From contig JBAWZA010000011.1 in the NCBI GenBank assembly GCA_037143335.1, positions 13,494-77,493 of the forward strand: a DNA stretch of 64,000 nt, in the 5' to 3' direction. This DNA comes from a bacterium (GTDB taxonomy: Bacteria > Bacteroidota > Ignavibacteria > Palsa-1295). The notes under the pieces are model-generated. The model was not told where the DNA came from. It did no database searches and saw nothing but the letters and a program-made list of their open reading frames with translations. Shown piece after piece: positions 19,001 to 29,078 of the stretch; the first letter of the stretch is position 1, and each line of letters starts with the position of its first letter. A program made the position numbers and the translations under genes.

Positions 19001-19831
19001 ATGAAAAATATCCTACGCATTCCACTTACCGTTTTTCTCCTCGGCACTCTTGTTAGCTTCCAGATCGGTTGTAAAAAAGAAGAACAGGCCCCGAAAGCAG
19101 CTGACTCTGCAAAGTCCGTGAGTCAGGCGCCAGCACCAAGTGGCACTGTTACACTGAACGACAAAGCAAAGCAGGGTCAACTACTTTTCTACAATACATC
19201 TCTCGGCAAGCGCAAAGTCGCATGTGCTAATTGCCACACTGATGGGACTCCGAAAACATCGGACGATATGATTCGTCAAGGGCATCCACTTGCCGGTGTG
19301 ACAAGCCGTCCATCAACGTGGAATGGAATGTATAAAGGCGCGGATTTGAAAAAGAATGCCTACGGCGCATCGCTTTGCGCGGCAGTGTTCCAGCATCGCG
19401 CCGATAGTAAGACGGTGGATAAAGCGCTAACACCAGATGAAGTTGATGCACTAAATGAATACCTCACTGCAATTGCAACATTGCCGAGTGCGAATCCCTC
19501 GGAGCTGAAAATTCAGTGGGCAGCAAAACCAACATTCAATGATGACATGCCCGATGAAAAAATTGCGAAGCCTGTGGTCAAAGCGATTATGAAATTGCCC
19601 GGTGATGCGAAGACAGGTGAAACAGTTTTTGCGAAGTCGTGTGCAACTTGCCATTCGATGAAAGACAAAAAGGTTGGTCCGCCGATGGAGCGCGCCGCGC
19701 AAGACATGAATTTGGTCGCGCAAGCTGTGAGGTTCGGGTCAGGCGACATGCCATTCTATGCCAAGGATGTCATGAGCGATCAACAAATAGCCGATGCACT
19801 TGCCTATATCGGGTCGCAGTTAGGAAATTGA
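19001..19831 (+). CDS. Di-haem c-type cytochrome lipoprotein
   Basis: Signal peptide with lipobox (VSFQIGCKK). There are two CxxCH haem-binding motifs (CANCH, CATCH). Confidence 0.65.
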   Translation: MKNILRIPLTVFLLGTLVSFQIGCKKEEQAPKAADSAKSVSQAPAPSGTVTLNDKAKQGQLLFYNTSLGKRKVACANCHTDGTPKTSDDMIRQGHPLAGVTSRPSTWNGMYKGADLKKNAYGASLCAAVFQHRADSKTVDKALTPDEVDALNEYLTAIATLPSANPSELKIQWAAKPTFNDDMPDEKIAKPVVKAIMKLPGDAKTGETVFAKSCATCHSMKDKKVGPPMERAAQDMNLVAQAVRFGSGDMPFYAKDVMSDQQIADALAYIGSQLGN

Positions 19832-19887
19832 TTCGCTACTTTCTGATCGAGCGAATCAAACAGCGCAAATAGCCGTAGTCAAAGAGC

Positions 19888-21150
19888 ATGAAAAAAATCT
19901 TCATATCTATTCTTATTTTTCTTGCAACAACGTCCTCCGTTTTTGCTCAAGCGAAGTTATTGATCCCAATGGATCTGGATCAGAGCGATCACTTGAAGGC
20001 GTACGGAATAACATATTGGGCTTTGACAAAAAACATCACCGTTGACTGGTTGCTCAACTATCGTGGTGGTTCATTCATGGCTGATTATCAGGATATTCTT
20101 GCAGCCGAGTGCCGAATTCGCGGTGTGCAATTTGAAAAGATTGACGAGTCGAGCGCACAGTCTATTCTCTCATTAGTCCAATCTGATTCCAAAAACATGG
20201 ATGCGGTTAGGTTGGAAAAAGCTCCGAAGATCGCCGTCTATGTTCCACCCGGTTTTCAGCCGTGGGATGATGCCGTCACTCTTGCACTCGATTATGCCGA
20301 AGTGCCGTACGAAAAATTATGGGATGATGAAGTAATAGCAGGCAAGCTCTCGAAATACGATTGGCTCCACTTGCATCACGAAGATTTTACTGGTCAGTAT
20401 GGAAAATTCTATGCCGATCAACGCATGGCTCCGTGGTATCAAGCGCAAGTGCGAATGCTCGAGGCGGAAGCGAAGAAGTTAGGATATAGCAAGGTGAGTG
20501 AATTAAAGCGAGCCGTTGCGATTAAGATTAAAGATTTCGTAGCTGCTGGCGGATTCATGTTTGCGATGTGTTCGGCGACTGATAGCTACGACATCGCTCT
20601 CGCCGCGCAAAAGACGGATATCTGTGATGCGGTCTTCGATGGCGATCCACTGGATCCGGATTACGCAACGAAGATGGACTTCACGAAGGGTTTTGCATTC
20701 GAGAATTATCAACTTGTTACGAGTCCACTCATTTATGAGTATTCGGAAATAGATGTGCAACCAGGTGAGATTGGTGCACGGGAAAGTGATTATTTTACAC
20801 TCTTTGATTTCAGTGCGAAGTTTGACCCTGTTCCGACAATGCTCACGCAAGATCATGTGAATGTGATTCACGGTTTCATGGGACAGACAACGATGTTTCA
20901 CCGACATTTTATCAAGAAAAATATTACTATACTTGCACAAAATCAAGGTACTGAATTCGTGCGTTATCTTTATTCAAATTACGGCAGAGGTTTTTTTGCA
21001 TTTTATGGTGGGCACGATCCTGAAGACTACCAGCATTCCGTCAACGACCCACCCACAGACCTCCGACTCCATAAGCAAAGTCCAGGATATAGGCTCATTC
21101 TGAATAACGTCCTCTTCCCCGCAGCTAAGAAAAAGAAACTGAAGACATAG
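19888..21150 (+). CDS. Secreted hypothetical protein
   Basis: 420 aa with a clear signal peptide (ILIFLATTSSVFAQA) and no recognisable catalytic motifs. Possibly a class-I glutamine-amidotransferase-like fold; this is speculative. Confidence 0.45.
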   Translation: MKKIFISILIFLATTSSVFAQAKLLIPMDLDQSDHLKAYGITYWALTKNITVDWLLNYRGGSFMADYQDILAAECRIRGVQFEKIDESSAQSILSLVQSDSKNMDAVRLEKAPKIAVYVPPGFQPWDDAVTLALDYAEVPYEKLWDDEVIAGKLSKYDWLHLHHEDFTGQYGKFYADQRMAPWYQAQVRMLEAEAKKLGYSKVSELKRAVAIKIKDFVAAGGFMFAMCSATDSYDIALAAQKTDICDAVFDGDPLDPDYATKMDFTKGFAFENYQLVTSPLIYEYSEIDVQPGEIGARESDYFTLFDFSAKFDPVPTMLTQDHVNVIHGFMGQTTMFHRHFIKKNITILAQNQGTEFVRYLYSNYGRGFFAFYGGHDPEDYQHSVNDPPTDLRLHKQSPGYRLILNNVLFPAAKKKKLKT

Positions 21151-21170
21151 GGTGAGGGGGAAGCCTGCTC

Positions 21171-24100
21171 TTACCGCGCGATGATAAATTCTCGATCAAT
21201 CGCTTGTTCGTTCAAACGAATAGTGTATGCCCCAGATCCCAGCTTCGATACATCGAGCGTGCAGGAAGCTTTTCCGGCGGTTTGATGATGAGATTGTTGC
21301 AATACTTTTATTCCTCGTGCATCGAAGATCGAAATATTAAATGAGGTCTCGTTAGTTGTAAAGAGAGAAAGCTCAACTTTGTTTCTTGCAGGATTCGGGT
21401 AGATACCGAGCAGTTGTGCCGCAAGATTATTATTCATCGTCTCCAATATCGTTCGTTCGCCGCACTCGAACCGGTAAACAATCGAATCATTCGTTGCTTG
21501 CGATGCAGCTATGCACTTTGCGTAATCGGCATTCGAGCTATTGAACGTGGTGCCTGAGAGTGTGATGCTACTGACACTATCTTTCGTCAAATAAATTTTG
21601 AATCCCAACTCCGCTAGTTTTCCTTTCGGGGCGATGATTGGATTTCCGGTAATGGTTACATCATCACCGTTAATAGTTACTGCGTTCGGACTTGAGACAA
21701 AGAGATAGGACATAAGATCGGAATTCCCAATCTTGAGTTTCGTCTCGACTCGAGTCAGATCATTCGGGAGGCTATCAGCAAGTATCAGGACTCGCGTCGT
21801 ATCACCTGTATGAGGGGTCACCTTCGGGACCTCAAACCGAAGTGGGTATAACTTTCTGTACGAGTACGATCTGGAGAGAGTAATCGGACTCAGTGGAAGA
21901 TCACTTGTACTCTTGATAGAAATAATTTCTGTTGAGGTCGGTTTTTTCCCTGCCGTATCAAGTACTCCGTAGAAATGAATGAGTGTGTCATTCCCAGGCA
22001 ATAGTATAATAGGGAATGTAGCACCAGTGAAAAATCCTGATCCTTGAATATCAGCGCCCGTAAGACTTATCGTATCGCAACCGCTATTAGTAATTCGTAC
22101 AAGTGTATCTACAGTTTGACATAATGTAGTATATCCGAGGTTAGCAGTGGTCATTGACTGCGTTAATATTTTTGAACCGTCAACTACCTTACCAATTATT
22201 GGTATCAATGTATCAACGATATTTCCAAAGCGTGAGTGGTATTGGAGATGTATAATAGAAGAACGCTGTCCTTTTAGTTTCGGCAGAAAGTGAACTCGAA
22301 CCCTCACCGTATCTCCGGGAAGTACGACTTTTTCGGCTGATGATGCGGAGTTAAAATCCAAATCTCCGGCACACCCCAATGATGAAACGAATAGTGAGTC
22401 GCATCCGGAGTTGGTATAAAACATCTCCAACGAGTCGCTTGAGCAAATTGTCAGATCATTAAACTGGAGAGCGTTTTTCGAAAGTGATAACGTCGCGGCT
22501 CCTTCTGAGCTTGATCCATTGAGTAAGAAATTCACAGAATCTTGGATGCCACTTCGCGAAGTTAGAAAGTGGGATGAGCCTGAATAATTTCCTACGCCAT
22601 TCGGGTTGAAGTGGAAGTGAAGCGTGATTGAACTATCAGGTGCTAAAGTAGCTGGATAAGCGATCGGGTCCATGGAAAATAATGAGAGGTTACTTCCCGG
22701 ACCGTTCAAGATACTGAGCGTATCGCATCCACGATTTTTTATTACGATTAACGTATCCATCGGCGGATCACATGTCGTTCGCGAACCGAAATCGTATGAA
22801 GCATTCGTGAGCGGAGGAAGCGCACCACCCTTTGCACTTTCGCCACTCAGAGAAAGTTTAAGATTCTTTGTTACTCCTTCGCGGAGCGTAGAATAATTGA
22901 GAGAGAGCTTGTATTTCCCGATTCGCTTCGGATGGAAGTGATAACGGATTGAAAAGATACTATCAGGAGGAATGACGATTGGATAGATTATTTTTTCAGA
23001 TGTGAAGTTGCTATCAAATCTCGCGGGACCTGATGTGATTAGCAATGTATCACATGATTGATTCTTGAATTGAATAGTTGTATCGCGAAGTGGATCGCAG
23101 ACCGAGACGGTTTGAAAATCGAAGAGCGAATCAGTGATGATCGGACCGGCCACACTCCCATTGCTTACGCCAGCGATAAGCGTATTCAACTTCGTTGGCG
23201 CATACCCATGCCAATCCACGCCAAATGTTGCGTCGCTTGCGTAGCTTCCGATTGCAGGCGGACGGAAATGAAAGTGCAGTATCACCGATGAACCCGGTGG
23301 AATAATTAGCGGATATGCGACTGAGTCGAAACTAAATCCAAGCGCAAGTTTGCCCGGACCAGAAGTGATGCGCATGGTATCGCAACCTAAGTTGCGAACA
23401 CGCATCATTGTATCTCGATTCGGACTACATGACGAAACCGTATCAACATTTAGCAATGTATCAAATGCGACTCCTGCAAAACCTGAACTCGTACCACGGC
23501 CACTCATCTGTATCGGATTCACATACTGCACACCCATCCACTCGGCAGTGATAGGATCATTCGAGCTATATGTGCCCGGTGTTTTTGGTCGGAAGTGATA
23601 TCGAATTTTAATACTGCTATCCGGTGCAAGAATAATCGGCAGTTTGAGAGTATCAACCGAGAATGGATTATCAAGCATCAGCACTTGATTGGTAATCCGC
23701 AACGAATCGCAACCAGTGTTGCGAAGCGTCACCGTTGTATCACGCCCTCCTACGCAGGGAGAGATCGTGTCAAATAAAATAAATGGCGGAATAAAAGTGA
23801 ACTTGACAATTGGCGGAGCAACGGTTTCACTGAGCACAAAAATGGAATCATGCGAAACCCCAACAGCATCGAGCCACGAAAGACGCAACGTATCAAGATA
23901 GGAGCCTACTTTTTTCTTCGAGTCAAAATATATTTTTATCGTATCGTATTTTGTGAGATTGATCGGGTTCGGATAATTTGCAGTCTTCAATGAGAAGAAC
24001 GCTGTGTCCGGTCCACTGAGTATTGCTTTAGTGATGGTGTAGTTTCTGCAATGAATTGCTCCGCTGATAAGACGCATCGAATCTCTATTGCACGAATTTG

Positions 24101-25184
24101 AGGTGCGCGTTAGCTGTGGACTAAAAACCGGAATCTGCGTATTGATCGGCACACCTCCGCTATTATCCGTTCGCCAAAGATCACCATTGACATCAACGCC
24201 GAGTAAGAGTTGCGAAGTAAGTGCAATCAACCATCTCGTATCCGCAAGGTTATTTGGTCCACTAATGGAATCCCATGTCGCACCGTAGTCAGTCGTCCTA
24301 AATACTCCGTTCGATATAGTCTGGAAATATGCGGCATCAGGTGAGATCGTCATTCCTCCATTAAAAAATGAGAGAGGCCTACGAATTTTCGAAGTCCAGG
24401 AACCTCCACGATCGGTAGTGACGAAAACCTCTGACCAATTTTCATTATGACGAAAAAAATCTTCGTTCGAAAGATAGAGTGTGTTGGAGTCACAAACATC
24501 CCACATAAAAGAGTACGAATCCGAAAGTCCGAACAAAGCAGGCTTTTGTTGCCACGATGCTGCCGAATTAGTCGAGACTACGATTCTGCTTCCTTCGAAG
24601 ATCGCCAGAGTGCCGGAGCTTCGGTATGCAATAATATTTGGCACAGCTCCGAGATATGTCAAAGCCCATGTCGCTCCACCATCTTGAGAGAGATATGCAC
24701 CTTGCGATGCAAGGCTCAGAATTCTACTTGCAGAACCAACGAATGCTGTGTATCTGCTACCCGCTCCGCCGGGCGCAACTTGCAAAGTCCAAGTTGCACC
24801 ACGGTTTGTCGTGATGTAAATAAAATTATTGGTGCGGACAAGTCCCGTCTGGTCATCAATAAAATCAATGACTTGAACATTTTCGTTAATGGGTAAACCG
24901 CCGATGGATAGCGTCCACGTTTTCCCGGTATCAAGCGAATACGAAACAGTTTTGAATCCGCCCCAAAGCACACCGTTCTTAAAATGCAACATGCCACCGC
25001 TCGCGGTGAGACCGGGGAATACACCCGGAGAGACCTTTGCCCACTGCGCTACGATGTCCGCTGAAAGACAACAGAGAATGAGCGGGACAAAAATGCTCCG
25101 CAAAAAATAATTTTTCGTACTATTCTGCGTTCTGTGTTTCAACACCATATTGCTCACGAAACCAATGGGGATTCCGTGCGCCAC
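21171..25184 (-). CDS. Giant (1337 aa) secreted protein: N-terminal BNR/sortilin-type (S/T-x-D-x-G-x-T-W) beta-propeller repeats, then repeated Ig-like Cys-containing domains, then a T9SS C-terminal sorting domain
   Basis: At least seven BNR-like motifs (DTGKTWTL, NRGATWTL, QDGGATWAL, DRGGSWTS, DYGATWDS ...). Repeated modules carry RNxGCDTL.IT. The C-terminus LGIYPNPARNKVELSLF...GAYTIRLNEQAIDREFIIAR matches a Por tail pattern. Confidence 0.65.
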   Translation of the reverse strand: MAHGIPIGFVSNMVLKHRTQNSTKNYFLRSIFVPLILCCLSADIVAQWAKVSPGVFPGLTASGGMLHFKNGVLWGGFKTVSYSLDTGKTWTLSIGGLPINENVQVIDFIDDQTGLVRTNNFIYITTNRGATWTLQVAPGGAGSRYTAFVGSASRILSLASQGAYLSQDGGATWALTYLGAVPNIIAYRSSGTLAIFEGSRIVVSTNSAASWQQKPALFGLSDSYSFMWDVCDSNTLYLSNEDFFRHNENWSEVFVTTDRGGSWTSKIRRPLSFFNGGMTISPDAAYFQTISNGVFRTTDYGATWDSISGPNNLADTRWLIALTSQLLLGVDVNGDLWRTDNSGGVPINTQIPVFSPQLTRTSNSCNRDSMRLISGAIHCRNYTITKAILSGPDTAFFSLKTANYPNPINLTKYDTIKIYFDSKKKVGSYLDTLRLSWLDAVGVSHDSIFVLSETVAPPIVKFTFIPPFILFDTISPCVGGRDTTVTLRNTGCDSLRITNQVLMLDNPFSVDTLKLPIILAPDSSIKIRYHFRPKTPGTYSSNDPITAEWMGVQYVNPIQMSGRGTSSGFAGVAFDTLLNVDTVSSCSPNRDTMMRVRNLGCDTMRITSGPGKLALGFSFDSVAYPLIIPPGSSVILHFHFRPPAIGSYASDATFGVDWHGYAPTKLNTLIAGVSNGSVAGPIITDSLFDFQTVSVCDPLRDTTIQFKNQSCDTLLITSGPARFDSNFTSEKIIYPIVIPPDSIFSIRYHFHPKRIGKYKLSLNYSTLREGVTKNLKLSLSGESAKGGALPPLTNASYDFGSRTTCDPPMDTLIVIKNRGCDTLSILNGPGSNLSLFSMDPIAYPATLAPDSSITLHFHFNPNGVGNYSGSSHFLTSRSGIQDSVNFLLNGSSSEGAATLSLSKNALQFNDLTICSSDSLEMFYTNSGCDSLFVSSLGCAGDLDFNSASSAEKVVLPGDTVRVRVHFLPKLKGQRSSIIHLQYHSRFGNIVDTLIPIIGKVVDGSKILTQSMTTANLGYTTLCQTVDTLVRITNSGCDTISLTGADIQGSGFFTGATFPIILLPGNDTLIHFYGVLDTAGKKPTSTEIISIKSTSDLPLSPITLSRSYSYRKLYPLRFEVPKVTPHTGDTTRVLILADSLPNDLTRVETKLKIGNSDLMSYLFVSSPNAVTINGDDVTITGNPIIAPKGKLAELGFKIYLTKDSVSSITLSGTTFNSSNADYAKCIAASQATNDSIVYRFECGERTILETMNNNLAAQLLGIYPNPARNKVELSLFTTNETSFNISIFDARGIKVLQQSHHQTAGKASCTLDVSKLGSGAYTIRLNEQAIDREFIIAR

Positions 25185-25245
25185 AACACAGGTATGGAAG
25201 GATGTTTTTGAGGGAAAAGTTCGCTAGTGGAGTGGCAATCAAACT

Positions 25246-25300
25246 GTCATTCCCTCGGGAGGCGGGAATCCAGGTTCATGTGATTTCGCTGGATTCTGGG
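25246..25300. repeat. Palindromic intergenic repeat, family B (GTCATTCCC-N-CGGGAATCCAGG ... CTGGATTC)
   Basis: Nested inverted repeats read directly from the sequence. An inverted-orientation copy of the 30 bp core lies at 51252-51284. Confidence 0.5.
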
Positions 25301-25437
25301 TCGGTAGAGAGAGATCATCCCGAATTATGGACTCCAAATCTAGCTTCCTGCGTTATGAGATACAACTTACGAGGGATATTTTTTCGTAAGTTTGCATTCT
25401 CGGATTCAACACAGATTCTTACCTAAACTTAGAACGT

Positions 25438-26553
25438 ATGAAATTTTCAGCCAATATCGCAGATCTTCAAAGGATGCTCCCGAAAGTAACGGCAGTGATT
25501 CCATCTCGATCCACCTTAGCCCAGTTAGAGAACCTTCAGCTTGATGTGAAATCCAAGCGCTTGAGTGTCATGGGTACTGATCTTGAGATAAGTGTTCGCT
25601 CTGGTATCGAAGTGGCTTCGAAGACTGACGGTGCGATTTCCATTCCTGCAAAGCGACTTGCTGATATCATTCGCTCACTTCCTGAGGGTGATTTGAATTT
25701 CAATCTTGATAAATCCACTAAACGCGTCACGCTCCAGACCGCGCAAGGTAATTATACCATGGCAGCTGGCGAGCAAGCCGAATTGCCTGATATGTCGAAG
25801 GAGTTCAAGCCCGAAGCTTCGACGACAATCAATGCTGGTGCGCTGAAGAAATTAATTTCTACTGCAATTTTTGCTGCAAGTTCGAATGAATTCCGTGTGG
25901 CGATGATGGGACTGTTGTTCCAATTTTCACCTGACGGCACAACCTGCGTTGCTACAGATGGACACCGATTAGTCAAGATTAGCAACCCTGATTTGAAGAC
26001 CGAGTCTGAGCGCGACGTCATTGTACCTGCGAAGGCTGTAAATTTAGTTGCGAAATCTTTTAATGATGCAGACGAAATTACTATCAGCTTTAGCGCAACG
26101 CAAATAGAATTCAAGACGGATGATACTACTGTTCTCAGTAGATTAATTGATGAACAGTATCCGAATTACGAGGCAGTTATTCCTCGTGAGAACGAAAAAG
26201 TCATGACGGTCGCAAAATCGGCAATGCTTCAATCGCTCAAGCGTGTGATGATTTTTAGCGATCAAGATACCCATCAGATTCGGATGCAGTTAGGCACGAA
26301 TAAGATCACCATTACAGCCGATAACGCAGAAGAAGGTGCGGATGCAAAAGAAGAAATCGCTTGCGACTATAATCATGATGATCTGGTCATCGGATTTAAC
26401 GGTAAGTTTGTCGAAGAAGCTCTTTCGCACGTTGATGGTGACGACGTGACGCTTAAATTTTCTACTCCGACACGTGCGACAATCATCGAACCAGTGAAAC
26501 AATCAAAGGAAGAAATTTTGATGCTGGTCATGCCCGTTCGTTTGAATGCATAG
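25438..26553 (+). CDS. dnaN: DNA polymerase III beta sliding clamp
   Basis: 371 aa with typical DnaN N-terminus and length; recF lies immediately downstream. Confidence 0.9.
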   Translation: MKFSANIADLQRMLPKVTAVIPSRSTLAQLENLQLDVKSKRLSVMGTDLEISVRSGIEVASKTDGAISIPAKRLADIIRSLPEGDLNFNLDKSTKRVTLQTAQGNYTMAAGEQAELPDMSKEFKPEASTTINAGALKKLISTAIFAASSNEFRVAMMGLLFQFSPDGTTCVATDGHRLVKISNPDLKTESERDVIVPAKAVNLVAKSFNDADEITISFSATQIEFKTDDTTVLSRLIDEQYPNYEAVIPRENEKVMTVAKSAMLQSLKRVMIFSDQDTHQIRMQLGTNKITITADNAEEGADAKEEIACDYNHDDLVIGFNGKFVEEALSHVDGDDVTLKFSTPTRATIIEPVKQSKEEILMLVMPVRLNA

Positions 26554-26598
26554 TCGCTTGTACGTGGCTGGCGCATCTGTTGCCGGACATTTGTATTT

Positions 26599-27750
26599 AT
26601 GCAAGCGCAACGTCTGGCGATAACGCATTTCCGTAATCACTTTCGAACCGAAATTTCGGATCTCGGTAGTGGTATTAATGTACTCTCCGGCGCCAACGGA
26701 GCAGGCAAGACCTCTATTCTCGAAGCACTCTCCGTTGCGGCGATCACGAAAAGCTTTACCGACGCGCCTGATGCGACGCTCATCCAAACTGGCTCGGATA
26801 GATATTCAATTGATTCTGATTTTATTTCCGATCTCGGAGTAAAGCTCCATTCAGAAATTGATTGCGCCATCGGTCCGCCACTCAAAAAAAATATTTATAT
26901 AAATAACGACAGACTCCGCCGTGCCAGCGATTTGATCGGGCGAATTCCAATCGTCTCGCTCACGCCTGATGATAAAGTTATCACGAGTGGTTCACCTGAT
27001 GAGCGACGGAGATTTTTGAACCTTGTCCTTTCGCAAGCTTCACATCTGTATCTCGAAGATGAAATCGAATTCCGCAAAGCATTGAAACACCGCAATGCCT
27101 TACTGGGTGGCCTTCGGGAGAAGGGTGTTCCGATGTCCGCCGCGAATGAACAACTTGCACCCTGGACACATGTGATTATCGAACGCTCCGCACGAATCAT
27201 CCACCGACGTGCAATCTTTGTAAAAGAATTTTCGCCTTTCTTACTCGATAGCTATGCACTTGTATCCGACGAACACGAATCTCCGTCACTCGCTTATGCA
27301 CCAATGGGATTCGAAATGAGTGTCAAAAGTGTCGAAGAAGCAAAGACATTTTTACATAGCGAGTACGAACGACGGAGTCTTGAGGAATTACGCAGAGGTA
27401 TCACACTTATCGGAGCGCATCGTGATGAATTGGTGATAATGATTGCACCCGAACGAGAGGCAAAGCGGTTCGCTTCACAAGGGCAGCATAAATCTCTCTT
27501 GGTAGCGATGAAGCTTGCAGAATTCAATTTCTTGCGTGATGCTTCGAATGAAACGCCGATTCTATTATTAGACGATGTCTTTAGCGAACTCGATGCAAAC
27601 CGATCGCGACGATTACTCGAATTAATTGCAAGCGGAAAATTCGGGCAGACGTTTATCTCTTCGACAACAAGAGAGAATTTTGATGCGATGATTAATTTTT
27701 CCTCACACAAGCATCGTTTGATTCAAATTGATGAAGGCACGGTACAGTAG
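26599..27750 (+). CDS. recF: DNA replication and repair protein RecF
   Basis: The Walker A motif GANGAGKTSILEA is at the N-terminus. The ABC-signature-like region and the LLLDDVFSELD Walker B are present. The position after dnaN fits. Confidence 0.9.
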   Translation: MQAQRLAITHFRNHFRTEISDLGSGINVLSGANGAGKTSILEALSVAAITKSFTDAPDATLIQTGSDRYSIDSDFISDLGVKLHSEIDCAIGPPLKKNIYINNDRLRRASDLIGRIPIVSLTPDDKVITSGSPDERRRFLNLVLSQASHLYLEDEIEFRKALKHRNALLGGLREKGVPMSAANEQLAPWTHVIIERSARIIHRRAIFVKEFSPFLLDSYALVSDEHESPSLAYAPMGFEMSVKSVEEAKTFLHSEYERRSLEELRRGITLIGAHRDELVIMIAPEREAKRFASQGQHKSLLVAMKLAEFNFLRDASNETPILLLDDVFSELDANRSRRLLELIASGKFGQTFISSTTRENFDAMINFSSHKHRLIQIDEGTVQ

Positions 27751-27777
27751 TAGAGTCGTTGATTCTTCCCCTTAGTT

Positions 27778-27793
27778 GCAGGCTAAAGCCTGC
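27778..27793. terminator. Short GC hairpin (GCAGGCT-AAA-GCCTGC) between the convergent recF and Kelch genes
   Basis: Perfect 6-7 bp stem in the 64 bp gap between convergent gene ends; there is no strong U tract. Confidence 0.3.
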
Positions 27794-27814
27794 GGCTACC
27801 GAGATAGTATTCGA

Positions 27815-29043
27815 TTAGTTTATTTTCAAAATGATTTTCGTTATGATCTTGCCCGAATAATTAATCTTAATAAAATACGCACCTGCTGGGTAGTCGGAGA
27901 GATCAAGATGATATGAGCTTGAGAATTTTGGTGTGTATCTCGCCGCCACCACTCCTGCGGAATTAGAAATGACAAGGTCACTAATTTCTGCGCCACTCGT
28001 TTGAATGGTCGTTACTCCAGTGGTAGGATTTGGAAAAAGTAAAATTGCATCAACTGTAGGTTCTGATTCTACCTTGCTCAAACTCGGTGTAAAGATTTGG
28101 TTGGCATTCATCGGCTCGATTCCGTCAGTGCCGCCAAGTACATAAATTTTGCCGTTGACGGATGCAGAGGTGAGGGCATAACGTGTAGTCAATGTATCTT
28201 TTGTGGTTACGGAATCCCATGAGTTTGTGGCTGGGTCAAAAACATCAACCGTATTCACCGGCGTACCAAATACTGAACCACCAAAGACATAAATCTTTCC
28301 ATTTGCGTATGAGCATGTCAATTCATCACGAGCAGTAAATGAGCCACTCACTGGTGGTGATGACCATGTATTGCTCGAAGCATCAAAAATATAAACAGAA
28401 TCTAAATCGGTGAATCCGTCATATCCGCCGAAGACATAAATTTTATTCCCAATCGCGCACGATGTCATCTTTATCATCGCAGGAAACCGACCTGCTGTAG
28501 TTGGAGTACTCCATTTATCAGCGATAGGATCATAGACTTCAAGCGTATTGAGAATGCCAACCCCAACACCATTGGCTCCCCCAATTGCATAAATTTTATC
28601 ACCAATGACGCTCACAGTTAATGCTGATCGCGGTGTCGGCATGTTCGATTTTGCATTTGTCCACGAGCGATTGGCGGGATCATATATTTGTACGAGTGAA
28701 AGGTCGCCACCATTTGCTCCGCCGATGACATAGATTTTATCCTTTACCGCCGCGGTTGCCAAATACTGTCGAGGTTTGAATGTTCCAGTTGTGGTCGGGG
28801 TCTCCCAATGATTTGCAATTGGGTCATATACTTCAAGTCGGTTGCTCTGATACGTATGGCCGTCCACTTTGCCGTCTTCATTGCCACCGAATACATATAT
28901 TTTGCCACCTACGACGGAGGAGGAGAGTGCATATCTCCGCGTAAATCCAGTCGTATCGCCTTTTGTCCATATTCCGAAATGCGATTGTGAAAAGACTAAC
29001 GCCGGTAGTGCGATGAGAACAAGAGCAATGAGAAATTTCATAA
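27815..29043 (-). CDS. Kelch-repeat beta-propeller secreted protein with T9SS C-terminal sorting domain
   Basis: Likely start MKFLIALVLIALPALVFSQ at 29043 (the track ORF extends to 29203). Repeated 'GGxxxx...Y(V/I)FGG...W' Kelch blades are present. The C-terminus ...VESEPTVDAILLFPNPTTGV...YFIKINYSGKIITKIILKIN matches a Por tail pattern. Confidence 0.65.
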
Positions 29044-29078
29044 GAGTATCTGATAATGAGATAGGTACTTTAGTATAA

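Noticed and set aside
10097-25184. The two giant proteins both being exactly 1337 aa suggested a duplication
   Set aside because: Their sequences and domain orders differ (glycine-rich + Ig-like versus BNR propeller + Ig-like). Only the repeated Ig-like Cys modules and Por tails are similar, so the equal length is coincidental.
25185-25437. Chromosomal replication origin next to dnaN
   Set aside because: No dnaA gene, no DnaA-box cluster and no AT-rich DUE were seen. The spacer is instead occupied by a family B palindromic repeat.
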